Source: Octopus vulgaris
Lineage: Eukaryota
Assembly: GCA_951406725.2 (NCBI GenBank)
Contig: OX597822.1
Span: 59,954,001 to 60,018,000 of the forward strand
Reading direction: 5' to 3'
DNA: 64,000 nt
Shown here: piece by piece, positions 56,480-64,000 of the stretch
Position numbering within the stretch: the first letter of the stretch is position 1
Layout of the letters: each line of letters begins with the position of its first letter
Program-made: the position numbers and the translations under genes
The notes under the pieces: model-generated
The model's input: only the letters and a program-made list of their open reading frames with translations
What the model was told of the DNA's origin: nothing
Database searches by the model: none

Positions 56480-56745
56480 GTATATATATATTATAATAAA
56501 TTAGAGACAAAACCACTATTATGCAAATCAAACAAAGAAAGACTTAAGCCAATACATAAAATATAAAAATAATTTATATAAATTAAAATTTAAATTATTT
56601 TATCTTTTATGTATTGGCTTAAGTCTTTCTTTGTTTGATTTGCATAATAGTGGTTTTGTCTCTAATTTGTTATAATATAATATTTTATTATAAAATTGGA
56701 TTCAATCTTAAATCTGATTTTTCCTTGTAAATTTGAAATTATTCC

Positions 56746-56783
<38 letters not shown>

Positions 56784-56929
56784 TTGAGTTGTGGGGTATC
56801 GCACGAGTGGGATTATATAAGAAAAAAGGTTTGAAAATGCAATTTAAACGATGTTTATTTACTTAACCGGTTTCACTCTTTGGTAAAAGATTGTCAAAAG
56901 TTACATTTAAGGAAACATTGAATAATATG

Positions 56930-57142
56930 GGTTCAAAAAAGTTTTTTACATAATTGTCACATTGAATATTATGCATTCAAAAAAGTTTTTTACATAATTG
57001 TCACATTGGATATTATGGGTTCAAAAAAGTTTTTTACATAATTGTCACATTGGATATTATGAATTCAAAAATGTTTTTTACATAATTGTCACATTGGATA
57101 TTATGAATTCAAAAATGTTTTTTTATACATAATTGTCACATT
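56930..57142. repeat. ~41-44-bp minisatellite in the Penelope 3' region (mirror at ~63385-63600)
   Basis: About 5 units of ttcaaaaa.gttttttacataattgtcacattggatattatg. Confidence 0.9.
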
Positions 57143-57750
57143 ATTTGGGAAAATTTGGCAGAAAAGGATAAAACAAATATATTATTGGGAATTGGTTGCG
57201 TTAATTATTGGTTGTCGCAAATTGTCACATTACATGTATATATATACAATCTTTGGTATATATATACAGCGTTTTGACAGCAAAAATTAAAATGGCTTTT
57301 TTGTACATCTCAGAATATTTTAAGTATGTTTTTACTGACCTGTCAGTATTAGCAGAAAGGCTGAACTGAGAGAACAGAAGAAGTAGCCAATGTGGTGTAT
57401 ACTTCCCCTTTATGCATGAATGATTTTGGGGTTATCAGGAGGTTAGTATGCGGGTGTGAATAGATGTGTCCGTGCCTGCTGGTCAGACAGCATCTGTTTG
57501 TCACACACATATATATACACACAAACACACACACACACAACAACACACACACACACACACATAGTATACAAACACACACCACATACAAACAACACACACA
57601 CACACATAGTATACAAACACACACCACATACAAACAACACACACACACACAGAACACACACACCCACACACAACGCACCCACATATATCACATATACACA
57701 CAGCACACAAATATAACATGTATCTATATATAACATACACAGATATATAA

Positions 57751-57797
<47 letters not shown>

Positions 57798-58580
57798 CAC
57801 ACGCACACATACATACATAATATAAATATCACACAAATACACCTAGCATATATATACACACATACAATACACACATACAGCATGTAAGTAATATACATAC
57901 ACAATATATGCATGCAATATACATACGTAATACATACATATAATATATATATATATAGACAATGCATATACATATATACACATATACATATAAATAGTGT
58001 TTACATACACATACATAGATGTACCACATATACACACAACACACATACATACAATGCATACACATACACATACGCATACATATAATATATATATACACAC
58101 ACACACACATAACATACATACACACACAATGCATACATATATATACACGCAATGCATATACATGTATTCATGCACATATAGCACACCTACAATATACATA
58201 TATACAGTGCACACATACACACAAATATATACACTTAATTGTACACGTACATATACAATACACATACATACAATATACATATACACAATGCGCATGCAAA
58301 TAATGTACATGTTTATACACACATAAACATGCAAATAAATATACACACACACACATACACACACACACATATATATACACATATATATATATATACACAC
58401 ATACATACATACATACATGCACATACATATATTTTTTCACACACATATATATATATAAAAAATTCACCACCCCCCACACACACAAATTACAAACCTATAG
58501 CGTACACACTCAAATATATCTCTACATGCCGCACATACACACAAACAAAGTACTAACATATACACACATACCATGCATAT

Positions 58581-58619
<39 letters not shown>

Positions 58620-58660
58620 AAAACAGATACATATGTAAATACATACACACGTACACAATG

Positions 58661-58703
<43 letters not shown>

Positions 58704-59005
58704 CACACACACACACACACATATATACACACGTGCACACACACACACACAAACAACGCGCGCACACACACATATACACACACACGCACACAGTGCACAC
58801 ACACACACACACACACACAACACTCACACACATACATCACCTACATATATATAATGCATGCGTGTGCATGCCACGTATGTGTGCGGTCAATGCCCGCTAG
58901 TGTGTCCTATGCGTGCCGATGCGCGCATGTGCCCGCCCGCACGATATGCTGTGAGCGTGCGCGCGTCCCTGTGTGCTTGCTCTGGATGTGCTTCCAGGGG
59001 GTATG

Positions 59006-60861
59006 TTAGAGTATGTTTAGTTGTGGTCTGTATTTTTGAATAAGATTACTTTCCTTATTTATTCGTGTTTGGTCTGTGGTGTTGTCCGAGCATTGGTATA
59101 GTGGGAAGACTAAGAATTTGGGGGACTTATTGTGTGCACAAAGGTCTAAGTGTCCACTTAGTGGTATCTGTCTTGTGGAGGGGTCCCTCAGTTGTTGTCG
59201 GTGAACTGTCATTCTGTCTCTGAGGGTAAGGCTCGTTTGCCCTATGTAGTCTTCGTGGCATCCTTCACACCTTATGACGTAGAGTAAATTTTTTGATGCG
59301 CACGTGAAGTTATTTTTTATGATGAATGTGTGTCCCGAGTGGAACTTGTACGACGATCCCTCAATGAGGTGGATGCAGGTCTTACAGTTGGGGCGACCAC
59401 ATTTTTTGATGGTGGGCGGTGGGTTTGTGTTGTGTAATTTTGCGTTGGTGAGGAGGTTTTTTAGGGATTTAGGTTGTCTCTTACTTTTTATTATTTTATG
59501 AGCTGCCAGTATTTTTTTCAGGCGTGGGTCTTGATTTAGTTGTGGAATGTTGTTGTATATAATAGTGTAAGCTTCTGCATTCCTTGGGTTGTGTGTTGAG
59601 AGATAAGGGAGGCTATTGACTGTACTGTGGATGTGTTTGGGTTTTCGAAGGTCTTGAATGTTAATTGATTTGGCCCGTTCTATTCCGTTGTCTACTAGTG
59701 ATGCCGGGTAATGTCTTTCGAGAAGAATTGCCCTTAGTTCCCGGAGTCTTCTATTTCGTGTTGTGTCATTTGAGACAATAGTGCAGATTCTTCTCGCTAG
59801 GTTGAAGGGGATATTTGTCTTTGTGTGTTTTGGGTGATTGGAGGTGAATAGAAGGTATTGTTTAGAGTCAGTGGGTTTGTAATGGATGTCAGTTTCAATG
59901 TTGACGCCTTTTTTAATGATTAGGATGTCAAGAAAAGGGAGTTGGTCCTGACTATATTCCATTGTGAATTGAATGTTGTTATTTACACTGTTGATAAGGT
60001 TTTTGAAGTCTATAAGTTGGTCGAGTGTGTGGGACCATAGGATGAGGCAATCATCTAAGTAGCGTTTCCAGTTCTCCAACAGGTATTTGTGGAAAGACTG
60101 GCCGTACTTATATTTGGATTTTTCATAGATATGTGATTCCAGGTAGGCCATCACCAGGTTTGCATAGGTAGGTGCAACTTTCGTACCCATTGCAGTCCCT
60201 GAGACCTGTCTGTAAGTGTTGTTGTGGAAATACATGAAGTTGTTTTGCAGAATAAATTTGAGGCCCTCAATTATGAATTCTTTTTTAATTCTTTCCGGGA
60301 TCTCATTGGGATATTTATCCAGCCAGAATTTAATGGCTTCCAGTCCAAATTCATGTGGGATTGTGGTGTAAAGATTAATAACATCAAAAGAAACGATTAA
60401 GGTGTCTTTATCGGCATGTTTGGGGAGATGGTTTAATAGGTCCAGGTCATCTCTTACAATACTTGGAATGTGTTTCAGTATTGGTTTTAAGATGATATCT
60501 ATAAAGTTGCTAAGTCTGTGTGTTTCACAACTTGGGCCTGCCACTATTGGTCTCAGTTTGAGATCAGTGGGATGTGGTATAGTGATGCAGGTTGAAGTGG
60601 ACTTTTTGCAAGCTTCTGTGATAATTTGACTCTTGTGTATTTTTGGAAGCCCATAGAGTGTGCTGGTTTTGCAATTAAATTTAGTAATGTAGTCGCATTC
60701 CTTTGCTGTCAAGTCATTCCGGTGTTGGTAAATGAGTGCCTTCAGATTGGTCATTGTTTTGGATTGCTGGTACTCGACTACTCTTTCGTAGTATGTGGTA
60801 TCCTCTAAAAGGAGAGATACAGAGTTTTTATATTGCTCAGTATTCATAACAACGACCGTAC
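59006..60861 (-). CDS. Penelope-like RT + Cys linker + GIY-YIG endonuclease (N-terminally truncated, uninterrupted)
   Basis: YGLPKIHK, RPIV, FDVINLYT, GTAMG, RYLDD, FLD, then CGRPNCKTC and NLLY...DYIGQT...R...H. Confidence 0.93.
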
Positions 60862-60862
60862 T

Positions 60863-61556
60863 ACTAGTAGACAACGGAATAGAACGGGCCAAATCAATCA
60901 ACATTCAAGACCTTCGAAAACCCAAACACATCCACAGTACAGTCAATAGCCTCCCTTATCTCTCAACACACAACCCAAGGAATGCAGAAGCTTACACTAT
61001 TATATACAACAACATTCCACAACTAAATCAAGACCCACGCCTGAAAAAAATACTGGCAGCTCATAAAATAATAAAAAGTAAGAGACAACCTAAATCCCTA
61101 AAAAACCTCCTCACCAACGCAAAATTACACAACACAAACCCACCGCCCACCATCAAAAAATGTGGTCGCCCCAACTGTAAGACCTGCATCCACCTCATTG
61201 AGGGATCGTCGTACAAGTTCCACTCGGGACACACATTCATCATAAAAAATAACTTCACGTGCGCATCAAAAAATTTACTCTACGTCATAAGGTGTGAAGG
61301 ATGCCACGAAGACTACATAGGGCAAACGAGCCTTACCCTCAGAGACAGAATGACAGTTCACCGACAACAACTGAGGGACCCCTCCACAAGACAGATACCA
61401 CTAAGTGGACACTTAGACCTTTGTGCACACAATAAGTCCCCCAAATTCTTAGTCTTCCCACTATACCAATGCTCGGACAACACCACAGACCAAACACGAA
61501 TAAATAAGGAAAGTAATCTTATTCAAAAATACAGACCACAACTAAACATACTCTAA
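60863..61556 (+). CDS. Inverted duplicate of the Penelope C-terminal region (linker + GIY-YIG)
   Basis: Translation identical to the C-terminus of the 59006-60904 ORF from LVDNGIERAK onward. Confidence 0.85.
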
Positions 61557-61868
61557 CATACCCCCTGGAAGCACATCCAGAGCAAGCACACAGGGACGCG
61601 CGCACGCTCACAGCATATCGTGCGGGCGGGCACATGCGCGCATCGGCACGCATAGGACACACTAGCGGGCATTGACCGCACACATACGTGGCATGCACAC
61701 GCATGCATTATATATATGTAGGTGATGTATGTGTGTGAGTGTTGTGTGTGTGTGTGTGTGTGTGTGCACTGTGTGCGTGTGTGTGTATATGTGTGTGTGC
61801 GCGCGTTGTTTGTGTGTGTGTGTGTGCACGTGTGTATATATGTGTGTGTGTGTGTGTGCACTGTGTGC

Positions 61869-61903
<35 letters not shown>

Positions 61904-62765
61904 CATTGTGTACGTGTGTATGTATTTACATATGTATCTGTTTTTATATATATATATATATGTGTGTGTGTGTTGTGTGTGTATATGCATGGTATGTGTG
62001 TATATGTTAGTACTTTGTTTGTGTGTATGTGCGGCATGTAGAGATATATTTGAGTGTGTACGCTATAGGTTTGTAATTTGTGTGTGTGGGGGGTGGTGAA
62101 TTTTTTATATATATATATGTGTGTGAAAAAATATATGTATGTGCATGTATGTATGTATGTATGTGTGTATATATATATATATGTGTATATATATGTGTGT
62201 GTGTGTATGTGTGTGTGTGTATATTTATTTGCATGTTTATGTGTGTATAAACATGTACATTATTTGCATGCGCATTGTGTATATGTATATTGTATGTATG
62301 TGTATTGTATATGTACGTGTACAATTAAGTGTATATATTTGTGTGTATGTGTGCACTGTATATATGTATATTGTAGGTGTGCTATATGTGCATGAATACA
62401 TGTATATGCATTGCGTGTATATATATGTATGCATTGTGTGTGTATGTATGTTATGTGTGTGTGTGTGTATATATATATTATATGTATGCGTATGTGTATG
62501 TGTATGCATTGTATGTATGTGTGTTGTGTGTATATGTGGTACATCTATGTATGTGTATGTAAACACTATTTATATGTATATGTGTATATATGTATATGCA
62601 TTGTCTATATATATATATATTATATGTATGTATTACGTATGTATATTGCATGCATATATTGTGTATGTATATTACTTACATGCTGTATGTGTGTATTGTA
62701 TGTGTGTATATATATGCTAGGTGTATTTGTGTGATATTTATATTATGTATGTATGTGTGCGTGTG

Positions 62766-62806
<41 letters not shown>

Positions 62807-63626
62807 GTGTGTGTATGTGTGTTATATATCTGTGTATGTTATATATAGATACATGTTATATTTGTGTGCTGTGTGTATATGTGATATATGTGGGTGCGTT
62901 GTGTGTGGGTGTGTGTGTTCTGTGTGTGTGTGTGTTGTTTGTATGTGGTGTGTGTTTGTATACTATGTGTGTGTGTGTGTGTGTTGTTGTGTGTGTGTGT
63001 GTTTGTGTGTATATATATGTGTGTGACAAACAGATGCTGTCTGACCAGCAGGCACGGACACATCTATTCACACCCGCATACTAACCTCCTGATAACCCCA
63101 AAATCATTCATGCATAAAGGGGAAGTATACACCACATTGGCTACTTCTTCTGTTCTCTCAGTTCAGCCTTTCTGCTAATACTGACAGGTCAGTAAAAACA
63201 TACTTAAAATATTCTGAGATGTACAAAAAAGCCATTTTAATTTTTGCTGTCAAAACGCTGTATATATATACCAAAGATTGTATATATATACATGTAATGT
63301 GACAATTTGCGACAACCAATAATTAACGCAACCAATTCCCAATAATATATTTGTTTTATCCTTTTCTGCCAAATTTTCCCAAATAATGTGACAATTATGT
63401 ATAAAAAAACATTTTTGAATTCATAATATCCAATGTGACAATTATGTAAAAAACATTTTTGAATTCATAATATCCAATGTGACAATTATGTAAAAAACTT
63501 TTTTGAACCCATAATATCCAATGTGACAATTATGTAAAAAACTTTTTTGAATGCATAATATTCAATGTGACAATTATGTAAAAAACTTTTTTTGAACCCA
63601 TATTATTCAATGTTTCCTTAAATGTA

Positions 63627-63667
63627 ACTTTTGACAATCTTTTACCAAAGAGTGAAACCGGTTAAGT
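63627..63667 (+). ncRNA. Variant hammerhead-like motif at the Penelope 3' end (mirror 56861-56901)
   Basis: ACTT-TTGACAA-TCTTT...AAAGA-GT-GAAAC-CG-GTT-AAGT: stems and palindromic ACCGGT are present, but the core deviates from CUGANGA. Confidence 0.4.
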
Positions 63668-63726
63668 AAATAAACATCGTTTAAATTGCATTTTCAAACC
63701 TTTTTTCTTATATATATATATATATA

Positions 63727-63921
63727 TATTATTTTACAGAAGGAGCTTTACAGGACTAGAACTGTTTCATTCAAAAGAAATCATCAGCTTCCTGATGATT
63801 TCTTTTGAATGAAACAGTTCTAGTCCTGTAGAAGCTCCTTCTATAAAATAAATTAATTTACTCTGCTATGTATTGAGTACCTTATTTACTGTGGTTAACC
63901 CCGACTCAACCCGGGACCTAC

Positions 63922-63952
<31 letters not shown>

Positions 63953-64000
63953 AAATTATAACAAAGAAGGTCTTTGCAACAAGTTGCTAGACCACATACC
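63727..64000 (+). repeat. Third copy of the hairpin block seen at 16870-17190 and 55965-56260
   Basis: Direct sequence match; runs off the window end. Confidence 0.92.

Larger units (their letters stand above)
56779..63714 (-). mobile_element. Neptune-type Penelope-like element, 5'-truncated, with an inverted duplicate of its 3' ~2.85 kb
   Basis: Arms 56814-59699 and 60863-63714 are near-perfect inverted repeats around a unique RT segment; flanked by (TA)n; absent from copy A. Confidence 0.93.

Noticed and set aside
56930-57142. Regularly spaced ~42-bp repeats resembling a CRISPR array
   Set aside because: No unique spacers, eukaryotic context; it is a minisatellite within the Penelope 3' region.
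60795-61556. 253-aa ORF as a stand-alone domesticated GIY-YIG nuclease gene
   Set aside because: A chimeric frame created by the inversion junction, identical to the transposon C-terminus, with a non-ATG start.
57349-63178. Many Cys/Val/Tyr- or His/Thr-rich ORFs here and at 3629-3901, 17048-18550, 21116-23597, 25679-26287, 28670-28986
   Set aside because: Translations of (TG)n/(CA)n/(TA)n/(AAT)n microsatellites; no coding signal.

Overview
AT-rich, microsatellite- and transposon-dense animal genomic DNA; the tRNA-derived SINEs look like Octopus families, so a cephalopod source is inferred. The main content is a 9-exon + strand gene (ATG 21107 to TAA 39920, about 422 aa). The ORF track misses most of it, so I assembled it by hand from phase-compatible GT-AG exons. 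Architecture: signal peptide, MNNL/C2 domain, DSL domain, 4 EGF repeats, then a C-terminal CBM14 (peritrophin-A) chitin-binding domain. It has no transmembrane or intracellular part, so it is a predicted secreted, chitin-binding Delta/Serrate-like protein. The locus is tandemly repeated with a ~39.2-kb offset (1-~17700 matches ~39202-~56780), and the CBM14 exon of an upstream copy is at 539-714. The rest is repeats: RTE and CR1 LINEs, Helitrons, SINEs, a 6.9-kb fold-back Neptune-type Penelope-like element, and many smaller (TA)n-embedded fold-back elements, several carrying hammerhead-ribozyme motifs.
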